Source: a virus
Lineage: Duplodnaviria; Caudoviricetes
IMG/VR virus record: IMGVR_UViG_3300002220_006617
Location: 32,001 to 96,000 of that record
Direction: 5' to 3' (one strand)
DNA: 64,000 nucleotides
Made by a program: the position numbers and the translations under genes. Numbering within the stretch: the stretch's first letter is position 1; each line of letters starts with the position of its first letter. Below are positions 46,149-55,093 of this stretch, in pieces. The notes below the pieces were generated by a model. The model did not search any database. It was not told the origin of the DNA and saw only the letters and a program-made list of their open reading frames with translations.

Positions 46149-46379
46149 TTTTTTCAAGAATATATCCAATAAAACCCGGGCCGCGAAAGACCGGGCGATT
46201 ATCAAGAAGATCAGTCAAGCCGGCGAGTAAGTGTCACGGGTGACGATCAACGCTTTCAAGAATAGTCTCGCCTCAACCACAGTTTCCGGCTGCAGGAACC
46301 GACGGCCGGTTGGAGTGGGGATGCTCATCGCCATGGTTAAATACCCGATTACGCCAGCACCCAGACGGACAGACCCGAC

Positions 46380-46393
46380 AAAATTACCAAAAG
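46380..46393 (+). promoter_or_regulatory. Class I motif AAAATTACCAAAAG
   Basis: ATG 10 nt downstream (46404). Confidence 0.75.
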
Positions 46394-46403
46394 CGACGAG
46401 TGT

Positions 46404-46616
46404 ATGGTATCAGAGCGTGTTGTTGTCCATGAAGATGGCTCGTTTGTGCGTGTGATCGATGAAGTTGCCTGGGTGGCTGGCAGATTGCGGTTTATATCCA
46501 CTGTGTATCACTATGATTATCCGGAGCTCCTGTTCTCGCATGAATACTACCGCGCCGGCGTGGTTCCCGAGGTTGTTCTGGTGGGGGTCAAGTACGATCC
46601 TCCCCTCAGCTCCTGA
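46404..46616 (+). CDS. Small protein, paralogue of 49931-50113
   Basis: Shared VIDE(V/L)A...Y...VP motif. Confidence 0.55.
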   Translation: MVSERVVVHEDGSFVRVIDEVAWVAGRLRFISTVYHYDYPELLFSHEYYRAGVVPEVVLVGVKYDPPLSS

Positions 46617-46654
46617 TTTATCCGGACTGTACGGACTAACGAGTGTCTCTCGAA

Positions 46655-46668
46655 AAAATTACCAAAAG
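46655..46668 (+). promoter_or_regulatory. Class I motif AAAATTACCAAAAG
   Basis: AACGAGTGTCTCTCGAAAAAATTACCAAAAGGTACT identical to the 37.5-kb copy; ATG 10 nt downstream. Confidence 0.75.
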
Positions 46669-46724
46669 GTACTTTCGAATGAGATCACGGTTTCGTCACA
46701 TGATCTTGTTCAGGAAGTATTGAT

Positions 46725-47189
46725 ATGGAAACCACAGAACTCAACACCGGATCCGAATCGCAGATGACCTTACCCGAAACCACCAACCCGCCCGCAGCAG
46801 CACCGGCGCTCAAGAACTCCCGTTGTGGCTTCATCTTCAAGAGCCAGTTCACGGACCCGACCAAGGCATTCGTTATCAAGGCTGACGGCGTCCCCGACAT
46901 GTACATCAACGCAAATGGCGTGGTCTGGGCAAACGTGTTCAGCATCCCTGTCATCGATGGGAAACTCGCTGACGTTGGTCGTTCAGAGCCAACCCCGTTC
47001 GACACCCTGCACTCCTCAAAGTCGGGAGAGACCGTGACCTTCAGGGCACTCGGGAACAACTACATGATCAAGAAGGACAAATACAATCTGGTCAACGCGG
47101 GCCTTGAGCGCAATGCAATGGTCACCCGCCTGCCGATTGAGACCAAGACCCAGCGGGACGTTCGGCTGGCCAAGGAATCAGCAGCCTGA
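46725..47189 (+). CDS. Small beta-rich protein, paralogue of 8434 and 23140
   Basis: CGFIFKSQF..AF and SKSGETVTFRALGNNYMI. Confidence 0.6.
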   Translation: METTELNTGSESQMTLPETTNPPAAAPALKNSRCGFIFKSQFTDPTKAFVIKADGVPDMYINANGVVWANVFSIPVIDGKLADVGRSEPTPFDTLHSSKSGETVTFRALGNNYMIKKDKYNLVNAGLERNAMVTRLPIETKTQRDVRLAKESAA

Positions 47190-47311
47190 CCAATCCGCAC
47201 CCTTTTTGCACGTCTCTCACACCTGTATGTCACCACACATTGATCCGTTCCCATCATGGAAATTGGGGGGCGGATCCTTCTTTTTTGTACTGCCATGACA
47301 GCGGGGCCCGA

Positions 47312-47454
47312 TCCCCCGGCGCGCCTGGTCCTGATGAACCAGCCACTCTGGGGGACGACCCCCTATGGTCCGGTTGGGGATAGTCGGGCCCTGCGTCCTG
47401 ACAGTCGCAGACCCCTGGGCGGCGCTGATGCGCCGCTGTCAAGAACAACCCGTA
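47312..47454 (+). repeat. Structured block A, copy 1 (TGAT/TGAC hairpins)
   Basis: 47373-47454 matches 49223-49304 with about 4 mismatches; GCGGCGC-TGAT-GCGCCGC. Confidence 0.85.
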
Positions 47455-47841
47455 GTGATAGCCCAGACACATTCAATAAGAAGAATAAAACACTGACCCT
47501 GAAAACAATTATATACACCAACCGGTGGGAGAAGGTCATACCCTTAAATAAGAGAAACGATGTATTTATATCCTGACACCGTCAATAATAGTATGTCTGC
47601 AAGGCTTTGTCACCTTGCGGCGCGATAGATCTATTCTCAATATAGTTCTGTCGTCTGTGATTCATTCCGTTGCTGGAATAGCCAAGGACAACGGGCCGGC
47701 CACACAAACCTTTCGTTGCTGAAAAGGGGTCGGTCCGGAACTCCCTGAGCTGGTTTACTGTTACTTTCCTGGAGTGTCAACCTTCGTGCGATCGGAGGTC
47801 TGTTCTGTTCTTGGGGGCCGTCGCCCCCGCCACGAGGGCAT

Positions 47842-47926
47842 CCCCAGACGCCTTGCACCACGGGCTTCGCCACGAGCAAGTCTTTACAAGATGATGGAGG
47901 GCTGCCCGCCCCCCAAACCCCCTGGC
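47842..47926 (+). repeat. Structured block B, copy 1
   Basis: CCCCAGACGCCTTGCACCA...AGCAAGTCTTTACAAGAT.ATGGAGGGCT shared with 49545-49632. Confidence 0.8.
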
Positions 47927-47983
47927 CAAGGGGATCCCCCCTGGACCCCCGGGGCTGGCCGCAGGCCCACGAGTGCATTTGGA

Positions 47984-47997
47984 AAAATTACCAAAAG
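47984..47997 (+). promoter_or_regulatory. Class I motif AAAATTACCAAAAG
   Basis: ATG 10 nt downstream (48008). Confidence 0.75.
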
Positions 47998-48007
47998 CAA
48001 CGAGCGT

Positions 48008-48151
48008 ATGACGTCCTTTACAGGTGTTACGCAGCAGGTATTGACCTCAGACCACATGATGCAGCAGTTCCAGCAGATCTTCTCGTTCGATCTTCTGTTC
48101 GGGCTCAACCAGTTCGTTAGTTCAATCATCATGGTCTGCGGGTGGTTCTGA
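48008..48151 (+). CDS. 47-aa hydrophobic peptide, copy 1
   Basis: MTSFTGV...MMQQFQQIF..DLL...; no Lys/Arg; starts at the motif-defined ATG. Confidence 0.6.
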   Translation: MTSFTGVTQQVLTSDHMMQQFQQIFSFDLLFGLNQFVSSIIMVCGWF

Positions 48152-49068
48152 TGGAGATCGGATTCTCCCAGAACCTCGATTACGATCGGGCGGTTATCCG
48201 CAAGCATGTGGGGCCCGCTACGGTTCACGGCAAATCGGTCAGCAGGGACAACAACCCCCGCCACGACCTTTTCGTCTGCACAGATTGTGGCGATGTGAAA
48301 TGTGATTCATGTCCGATTGACTGGGACAAGGTTACTCGGCAGCAGCGGGGGGTCTAATCATGATCACTCCCGTCCGTTGTCCCAACTGTGGCAAACATTA
48401 CATCCCCGACCTCGGTGAACGCAAACGGTACGACATGAACATCCAGCAGGAGTTCCCGAACGCGACCAGCATCCAGCGGGAACAACTCATGACAGGTCTC
48501 TGCAGTGACCAGTGCTGGCAGGAATTCCTCGGACCTGAGCCTGAGGAGGATTTCTGTGAAGGATGCACTGCAGACTGCACCTTCTGCCCGCAGGCTGACG
48601 GGGAGAGTGCAGAATGATCATTGACGGGGACCAGCCTGTCAATAAGATCCTCGACCGGGCCAGCGAACCCCTTCCTGCCAAACCGTCAGGTGACGTGGTG
48701 GTTGGCTCATGATCGACTTCCAAGTCCCCTCCCATCTGGGGGGCCGGTTCACCAACATTTCCCACGTCAGAATGCGGAGTTGCCAGACAGTCTGTTACGG
48801 TGACCCGTGTGACGGGGTGTGGAGTGGTGTTCCCGATGCCATCAGGCATCCAACGTTCACTCCCCGCCAAACGTTCCTCGCACTGCAGTCGATCTATGAA
48901 TCACAACATCAGGACATCATAGCATTCGATATCTACGATGCCATGGAGCTCGAGTGCTGTGATCACTGTCCAATAGCAGCAGACTGCTCAACACGACCGC
49001 GGGTGGATGGCGACATCGACTGCATCACCGTGCAGGACTGGGCTTACAGTCTGTTCAGGACGAATTAA
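48151..49068 (+). other. Three small Cys-rich (Zn-binding) CDSs (48151-48357, 48360-48617, 48709-49068)
   Basis: CxxC clusters. Confidence 0.55.
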
Positions 49069-49102
49069 TCACCTTTTTTTTATGTACGCTGGCGCTGTGC
49101 AC

Positions 49103-49304
49103 TGGGGCTGGCCCTGATGGTCCCACCCCACGGGGTTATACGAGATGTCAACCCCCCAACCCCCCTCTCCAGGGGGGCTAGGCCATACGGTCCTGGACGG
49201 ACCGATGGCCAAATGGTGTATTGTTGGGGGTAGTCGGGCCCTGCGTCCTGACGGCCGCAGACCCCTGGGCGGCGCTGATGCGCCGCTGTCAAGAACAAAC
49301 CGTA
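49103..49304 (+). repeat. Structured block A, copy 2
   Basis: TGAT loops at 49115 and 49276, TGAC loop at 49249. Confidence 0.85.
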
Positions 49305-49544
49305 ACGGTAACCTGCCCCTGTCAAGAACAAACGGCAATTGTCAATAATAAACTTCAATTGTTCTCCGGACCCGAAGGGTCTAAAAAGGGATCAAGAATA
49401 CCTGGGGATCGCATAAAGAACAAACTTAGTTGCTATATAGAGCATATCATCATCCTCACCCCCATCCTCCCGGCACCCGGTTGTCAATCATAGAAGCACA
49501 CATCTTTCCTTGGGGCCACGCCCCTGGCCCCAGCGAAGCGCCAA

Positions 49545-49632
49545 CCCCAGACGCCTTGCACCAGGGGGGCCCCACTGCCCCTCCAGCAAGTCTTTACAAG
49601 ATTATGGAGGGCTCCGCCCCCAAACCGCCTGG
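49545..49632 (+). repeat. Structured block B, copy 2
   Basis: Homologous to 47842-47926 with a different internal stem-loop. Confidence 0.8.
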
Positions 49633-49643
49633 AGCGCAGTGGC

Positions 49644-49657
49644 AAAATTACCAAAAG
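49644..49657 (+). promoter_or_regulatory. Class I motif AAAATTACCAAAAG
   Basis: ATG 10 nt downstream (49668). Confidence 0.75.
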
Positions 49658-49667
49658 CCATGAGCGC

Positions 49668-49811
49668 ATGACTACTACAGGCATAGCAACAGAATCGGTA
49701 TCGCAGATGTGGATGCAGTATACACAGATGTTCAATGGCACAGTCATTGACCTCACCTGGCTCTCACCCCTCACGGACTCACTCGTCGGGCTGCTGGGCA
49801 TGGTGCTCTGA
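49668..49811 (+). CDS. 47-aa hydrophobic peptide, copy 2 (not in ORF track)
   Basis: MTTTGIATESVSQMWMQYTQMFNGTVIDLTWLSPLTDSLVGLLGMVL. Confidence 0.6.
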   Translation: MTTTGIATESVSQMWMQYTQMFNGTVIDLTWLSPLTDSLVGLLGMVL

Positions 49812-49906
49812 CCCTTTTTTGCTGTACGGTTGATACGCAGGCATACCTTGGGCATACACCCTGCGAACTACGCAGACTGATGCCCTATTGCGAGTGTGCT
49901 TGGTTG

Positions 49907-49920
49907 AAAATTACCAAAAG
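49907..49920 (+). promoter_or_regulatory. Class I motif AAAATTACCAAAAG
   Basis: ATG 10 nt downstream (49931). Confidence 0.75.
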
Positions 49921-49930
49921 CCTCGAGCGT

Positions 49931-50113
49931 ATGGAAGCAGAAAGCTACTTGGTTGAATATGGCGGGGCTCCCCGCTGTGTGATTGATGAACTCGCTTGCT
50001 ATGAGACCGAAGTGTTCTACGAGGGGACTTACGTCCCCGGGATGAAGTCGGTTCGGCTCGAACTCGACGTCCTGAGTGGACTGGTGGGGATAGTGGTGGA
50101 GGAGGTCTGTTGA
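49931..50113 (+). CDS. Small acidic protein, paralogue of 46404
   Basis: VIDELA motif. Confidence 0.55.
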   Translation: MEAESYLVEYGGAPRCVIDELACYETEVFYEGTYVPGMKSVRLELDVLSGLVGIVVEEVC

Positions 50114-50258
50114 CCTCCCTATCCTTCCTGATCAGCCCGATTTCCATCGCTGTACTCTTGGTCCTAGATCTTTAACCAATTAGGCTTGCACGTTTCCCCG
50201 GTTCACCAAAGTTGCAGGTGACATTCCCTAAAATACAGTCCCGGAAAAATTTTAGGCC

Positions 50259-50690
50259 ATGGAGTTGACCTGCGAAGGCCGGTGCAGGGCCGGAGAATGC
50301 ATGCCGGGGGCCTGCTGCAAGATGAACCCATTCCACAAGGATTTCTGGGATCGCATGAAAGCACGGGCTTTACGGACGCCCATAGAGGTCAAACCCCTCC
50401 CTGACGACCAGGTCCTTGTCATTACGGGAAACCGATACTGCTGTTTCCTGACCGCGGGGAAACGATGCGTCATCTGGGACGACAGGCCGACGGTCTGCAG
50501 GGTCTGGGGCCCGCATGACGCAGGACCGTGCAGGTATCCGGATGATAAGAAAGGGCCGGTCAAGGAACGGAACGCCATGATCAGCGGATACATCCGGGCA
50601 GATTCACTCGGACAATTCACCAATCGGACGACGATACGGGCAAAGGAGAATCCCCGGGAGACCGGCCCAGAAGACGGTTCGCGCAAATAG
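50259..50690 (+). CDS. YkgJ-like Zn/Fe-chelating Cys-cluster protein
   Basis: GACC...CCFL....CVIWDDRPTVCR. Confidence 0.75.
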   Translation: MELTCEGRCRAGECMPGACCKMNPFHKDFWDRMKARALRTPIEVKPLPDDQVLVITGNRYCCFLTAGKRCVIWDDRPTVCRVWGPHDAGPCRYPDDKKGPVKERNAMISGYIRADSLGQFTNRTTIRAKENPRETGPEDGSRK

Positions 50691-51226
50691 TGCAATAGAA
50701 CTCGCGTTTGCCATCCACTTCAAGCATATGTGCCTCCCGGTATCGGATCCTGCAGGATTTACATTCGGTATCGAGAACACGGACGGCGATAATACGGGCG
50801 GTCATGATCAGTCTATCATCCAGAACTAAAATAAACGTTCCGGAATCCGACCGTCCCAAAAATTTTCGCATTTATTCCTTTTCCGTGAATACTCCAGGGT
50901 TCTTCCCCTTCTTATCAGCCTGGAAATACCGGTGTGCGGGTTCTTCTCCCCACGGCCGGTTCACAAACTTCCCGGAAAACTCAGGTGCGTCCCGTCGGGC
51001 ACCGTAATCCGGTTCAGCACCTTTCAGGTCAGCCGGACTTACTGATTCATCCGGCCATTCGATCAGGTCTTTCTCATCTTTCAGGTCCGGGGCTGATGCG
51101 GGAACTGACTGGTACCCCTGATATTTCTCGAGATCAACGGGATCGATATCGGTCATCACCTGGTCGGGCATCATCTCCCGGGTTATACGATCAGGTTTGA
51201 ACGGCACGGCACGGTCATCATCGGAC
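50617..51226 (-). other. Two minus-strand hypothetical CDSs (50617-50871; 50872 to about 51226)
   Basis: Adjacent ORFs with inverted composition skew; the first has a CKSC..CTIC Zn finger. Confidence 0.5.
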
Positions 51227-51701
51227 ATAAACGAACTATTAGAAATTACCGAATAGTTCAACTTATCGGATCTCATTTGCTGAAATAGTCGAACCGCCCT
51301 ATAGGTTAGTAGGCAAAGGACTTCACCTGACCCCCTACATGCAAGTAAGAGTAATTTCAGGCCAACTACCCTTTGTCTGTATCGACAGGAGACCACGCAC
51401 AGCTGATGAGCACGGGGGGAGGGCAGACCTTTCATCCCCTCTCCTTCTCTTACATCCCCCCTCCATCTGAAAATATAGTTCTACTTTTTCGGCGTTGTAC
51501 CGCTTCGCGGTTCAGCGTTTCCGTCGATGGCCGTAGAGGACAGTACCATCCGGCATATTCCGGCGAAGATAATAGTCACGGTCAGCGATTTCCTCCAGAC
51601 GGTTAATCTCCGCGGATGCTTCGTACTGAGAATCCCAGGAACTGATCCAGCAACTAAGATCGCCGGACCATATTTCATATTCCTTCATCATACCTGAAAA
51701 A

Positions 51702-51719
51702 GTGACCTTTGTTAATATA
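51702..51719 (+). promoter_or_regulatory. Late-type promoter (TGAC plus TATA); other copies at 5444, 25898, 27324, 45779, 50218, 52599, 57449, 59739, 61053
   Basis: TGAC 39-42 nt upstream of ATG, followed by an AT-rich TATA-like box. Confidence 0.7.
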
Positions 51720-51742
51720 CTTTTGCCAGCAACGAACCGGGC

Positions 51743-53044
51743 ATGGTAACGAGAATTATCGACCTTAACGCCACGTCGTTACAGTCTATGACGGTTCCAT
51801 CCCCTGTCAACCTCGCTACTGGAGAACTTGCAGATCTGAAATCCGCCAAGACCGGGTTATGCCGGCGTGTCCTGGCAGTTTCGGAAGGGATTCACAACGG
51901 CATTGAATTCACGACTGCAGAGATCCAGGGCATGGTGACGGATACCGAGGAACGGAAACAGGCTGATAACGGTGAATATTATCAGGTACCGATCATTCTC
52001 GACCACTCGAACAAATTCCTTGACAAGATCGGCGGCACACTGGCCGTCCAGTTCTCAACCGACGCCAAAGCCGCGATCAGCGACATCCGGTTCTGGGAAA
52101 ACACTGACATGGAAAAAGAGGTCTGTGCCAAGATCCGCGAGGATCCGACCAACGTCTTCTTCTCGGTCCGTGTGCGTGGGGAACTGGTTGAACCGTCAAT
52201 GGCAGCAATGAAACTCGGGGCCTGGGCCAAGATCGTCAATATGCGATGGATGCACCTTGCCCTGGTCAACGAACCTGCCGACGAGAACGCCCGCATCCTT
52301 GAGGAACTTGCATCGACGGTCGGGAAACTGGACCTCGGAGAAACCACCATGCCAACTGAAAATCTCGGAACAGTTACTGCTCCAATACCGGCGGTAGCAT
52401 CAGCACTGAACCTGACCTCAGCAACCGTCACTGACGTTACAACCGGCACGGCAACCACGAACACTGTCACCAACTTCGGCATCACTGACAACAGTGGGTA
52501 TGCCCCCCCGGCCACATATGAACCGGTAATCATCACCGTACCAGGCACAGGCACAGACAAGACGTTCGATTACCGTTTGGTACCAGTGACGCCTGAAAGT
52601 GACATTCACTTAAATAAAGATATCGCAAACGAAACTCGCATGGCTTCAGATGAATCCAGCAAACAGATCGCTGATCTCACTGCTGATCTCAAGAAAGAGA
52701 AAGACGCAAACGTTGTTCTCCAGACTGAGCTCGCAGCTGCGAAGGCTCTGGCTGCAGATCTGACCGTCAAGCTCGAGAAGTCCAACAAGGACCTCGCCGA
52801 ACTGGACGCAAAGATTCCGCTGGTTACAGAGATTCTGGCGATTAACGGTGCTGTCAAGAAAGAGTTCCTTTACAGCCTCACCAAGGAACAGCTCGTCGAG
52901 TTCAAGGGTGTTGTTGCACCGGCCGTCCCTGACGTGCCCGTCTCGTCCCAGAAATCTGTGGACCAGTCAGCACCCGCTACCCCGGTCGTAACCGAGAAGT
53001 CTGCCCTGCAGCTTTCCCGTGAAGCGTTCGGCAAAATTGAGTGA
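51743..53044 (+). CDS. Prohead protease-scaffold fusion
   Basis: G.HNG..FT, VPIILDH, FSV, HLALVNEPAD; C-terminal coiled coil; first gene of head module. Confidence 0.75.
   Translation: MVTRIIDLNATSLQSMTVPSPVNLATGELADLKSAKTGLCRRVLAVSEGIHNGIEFTTAEIQGMVTDTEERKQADNGEYYQVPIILDHSNKFLDKIGGTLAVQFSTDAKAAISDIRFWENTDMEKEVCAKIREDPTNVFFSVRVRGELVEPSMAAMKLGAWAKIVNMRWMHLALVNEPADENARILEELASTVGKLDLGETTMPTENLGTVTAPIPAVASALNLTSATVTDVTTGTATTNTVTNFGITDNSGYAPPATYEPVIITVPGTGTDKTFDYRLVPVTPESDIHLNKDIANETRMASDESSKQIADLTADLKKEKDANVVLQTELAAAKALAADLTVKLEKSNKDLAELDAKIPLVTEILAINGAVKKEFLYSLTKEQLVEFKGVVAPAVPDVPVSSQKSVDQSAPATPVVTEKSALQLSREAFGKIE
52640..53044 (+). CDS. Nested in-frame scaffolding protein
   Basis: In-frame ATG 40 nt after internal GTGACATTCACTTAAATA; coiled-coil product. 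Confidence 0.6.
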   Translation: MASDESSKQIADLTADLKKEKDANVVLQTELAAAKALAADLTVKLEKSNKDLAELDAKIPLVTEILAINGAVKKEFLYSLTKEQLVEFKGVVAPAVPDVPVSSQKSVDQSAPATPVVTEKSALQLSREAFGKIE

Positions 53045-53049
53045 TCACC

Positions 53050-53481
53050 ATGGCTACACCCATTGTTCAAGATCTCAGGGTCCAGCCCCTGGCGATGAAG
53101 TTTGATGCAACAGGCATCTCTACACCGGCACGGTATGGCTTCTGGGCACAGGCAGGCGACCCCGTCTACATCTCGGCTGACATGACTGTCAAACCCTCCG
53201 GTGTCGGCGCTGTCATTGATGGTTTCCTCGAGACCTCTATCGGTGTCGAAGAGTACCCGACCATCGCAAGCATTGACTCCCGTTTCCGCGTGAACGTGAT
53301 TGTCCCCGAGAACTACGTCCTTCGTGGCGTTGCCGGTGGCGTAATCGCTGTTCGCGCAGGTGTCACCAGCGAAGCATCCAGCACGAAGGTTGTAACTGCA
53401 ACACTCGCCGCTGCAGGTTCCGTCGGAAAGGTAATTTCCGGTGCAGGTGCAGAGGACGCAGCAGTCCTGTTCCTCGTTTAA
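53050..53481 (+). CDS. Capsid cement/decoration protein
   Basis: Ala/Gly/Val-rich, AGDPVYIS; between scaffold and capsid genes. Confidence 0.65.
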   Translation: MATPIVQDLRVQPLAMKFDATGISTPARYGFWAQAGDPVYISADMTVKPSGVGAVIDGFLETSIGVEEYPTIASIDSRFRVNVIVPENYVLRGVAGGVIAVRAGVTSEASSTKVVTATLAAAGSVGKVISGAGAEDAAVLFLV

Positions 53482-53499
53482 GCAGGAGTTGAATCACAG

Positions 53500-54390
53500 A
53501 TGACAAACATTGACGCAACTGACAAAGTCCCCAGCAAGGATTTCAACTATACCGACTGCCCGGCCCTTCACCCTGATGTGATCGTGGCCCGTGTCAAGGA
53601 AGTATACAACAAGGTCCTGATCGGGCGCTCGCTCATTGGTGTCGAGTCAATTCCCTCCGATTCCGTTTCCTACCTCGTGGAAGGAGATATGACCGGGGCA
53701 GTTGACTGGATCACCGAGGAAGGTGGATTCCCGAAGGTTGACTTCAACTACACCAAACGCGCGAAAGTCGTGCGGCCCTATGGTGTCCAGTTCGATATCA
53801 CCATGATGGAACGCAAATGGTCCAGGATCACAACTGTCGGCCGCAAGCTGACCCGCACGATCCGGTCCATGCGCCGGTTTGAAGACGACATGATCTTCTA
53901 CGATCTCATCAACAACACCGACAAGGCAACCTTTGACGGCAGCAACTGGGGCACCACAACCGGTAGCGACCCGATTGCAGATGTCGAGAAGGCAAAGCGC
54001 CTCGTCCGTGACGGCACGGAAGGTATCGAGCCGGATCTCATCATCATGAACTCCCAGATGTTCGAGAACCTCACGAAGTTCGACATGATCCGGAACCAGC
54101 TCTACAACAACACCATGTATGTGCAGACTGGCAAGATCGGCAAACTCTGCGGTCTTGACGTCGTGGTCAACAACCAGATCGACCCGACCGGCACCAACTA
54201 CCGGGCACTCGTCATGAAGAAAGGCGAAGCCGGTTACATGGCCGAGGCAATCCCGATGACCAACCCGAGCATCGACGGTCTCAGTCTGAGCAACCCGCTC
54301 CTCGACCGCAGGTACTTCCTCTACGCGATGGCAGAGCCTGTAATCGACAACGGCGAAACAATGTGCCTGATCACCGGCCTCAACGCCTGA
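53500..54390 (+). CDS. Major capsid protein (HK97 fold)
   Basis: EGGFP, YG..F.IT, PDLIIMN, GKIGKLCGLDVVVNN; position in module. Confidence 0.85.
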   Translation: MTNIDATDKVPSKDFNYTDCPALHPDVIVARVKEVYNKVLIGRSLIGVESIPSDSVSYLVEGDMTGAVDWITEEGGFPKVDFNYTKRAKVVRPYGVQFDITMMERKWSRITTVGRKLTRTIRSMRRFEDDMIFYDLINNTDKATFDGSNWGTTTGSDPIADVEKAKRLVRDGTEGIEPDLIIMNSQMFENLTKFDMIRNQLYNNTMYVQTGKIGKLCGLDVVVNNQIDPTGTNYRALVMKKGEAGYMAEAIPMTNPSIDGLSLSNPLLDRRYFLYAMAEPVIDNGETMCLITGLNA

Positions 54391-54437
54391 TCAGCCCATT
54401 AATCTCATAACCCCACAATTTTTTGGAGCACTTCAAT

Positions 54438-55088
54438 ATGGTTAAACTTACCGTTACAGGTGGAACAGTCCTTTACAAAGGAGCAATCTACCGCAAGAAC
54501 AACTCGTTTGAGATCGATATCGACACTGAACTCACCCCTTGTCTTCGCATGGCAATCGGCTGCGGCCAGATCATGGCGGCAAAACAGATCGCCGGCGTTC
54601 CCACAACCCCGGCAGACGTCCCGAAATCCCGCGAGAATGTTGAGGCCGACAAGAAAGTTCAGGATGACGACGAGACGAACGGCGACCTTCCCACAGAGTC
54701 GACCGATGAGGAAATCCAGGTATTCAAACCCGGCCGCGGCGGAAAACGCGGTAAAAAGTAAATAACTCCTTTTTTCGGCTCATTTGCTCAAATACTAACG
54801 TATCTTAAATAATGTGTAATGAATACACAGACGACTAATGGCCATGAATCAGACTACAAACCTGACGCATGGAAAGAATTCGATTCAACCGACCTCGAAA
54901 CCTGGGTCTGTCTCCTGATAAAACGGGCCGGGCTCCGTGCCAACCCTGAGAAAGCCAAAAAGGATCTGCAGGACGCCAAGAACTATTTCCAGTTCTATAA
55001 ACAGGCAATTGCCGAGGACGTCGGCGACATGGAAACCGAACTGCAGGAGATCACCAAACAACTCGGGTTCGACTACACGACACTCTGA
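54438..55088 (+). other. Two small hypothetical CDSs (54438-54761, 54819-55088)
   Basis: ORFs in the head-neck region. Confidence 0.6.
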
Positions 55089-55093
55089 TCATC

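Noticed and set aside
47331-47337. Hammerhead ribozyme core CUGAUGA (also at 51403)
   Set aside because: No stem II followed by GAAA and no matching cleavage junction
47254-47978. ORFs across the structured blocks (47256, 47254, 47637, and 49069-49663)
   Set aside because: GC-rich hairpin DNA gives open frames on both strands; conservation follows base pairing, not codons
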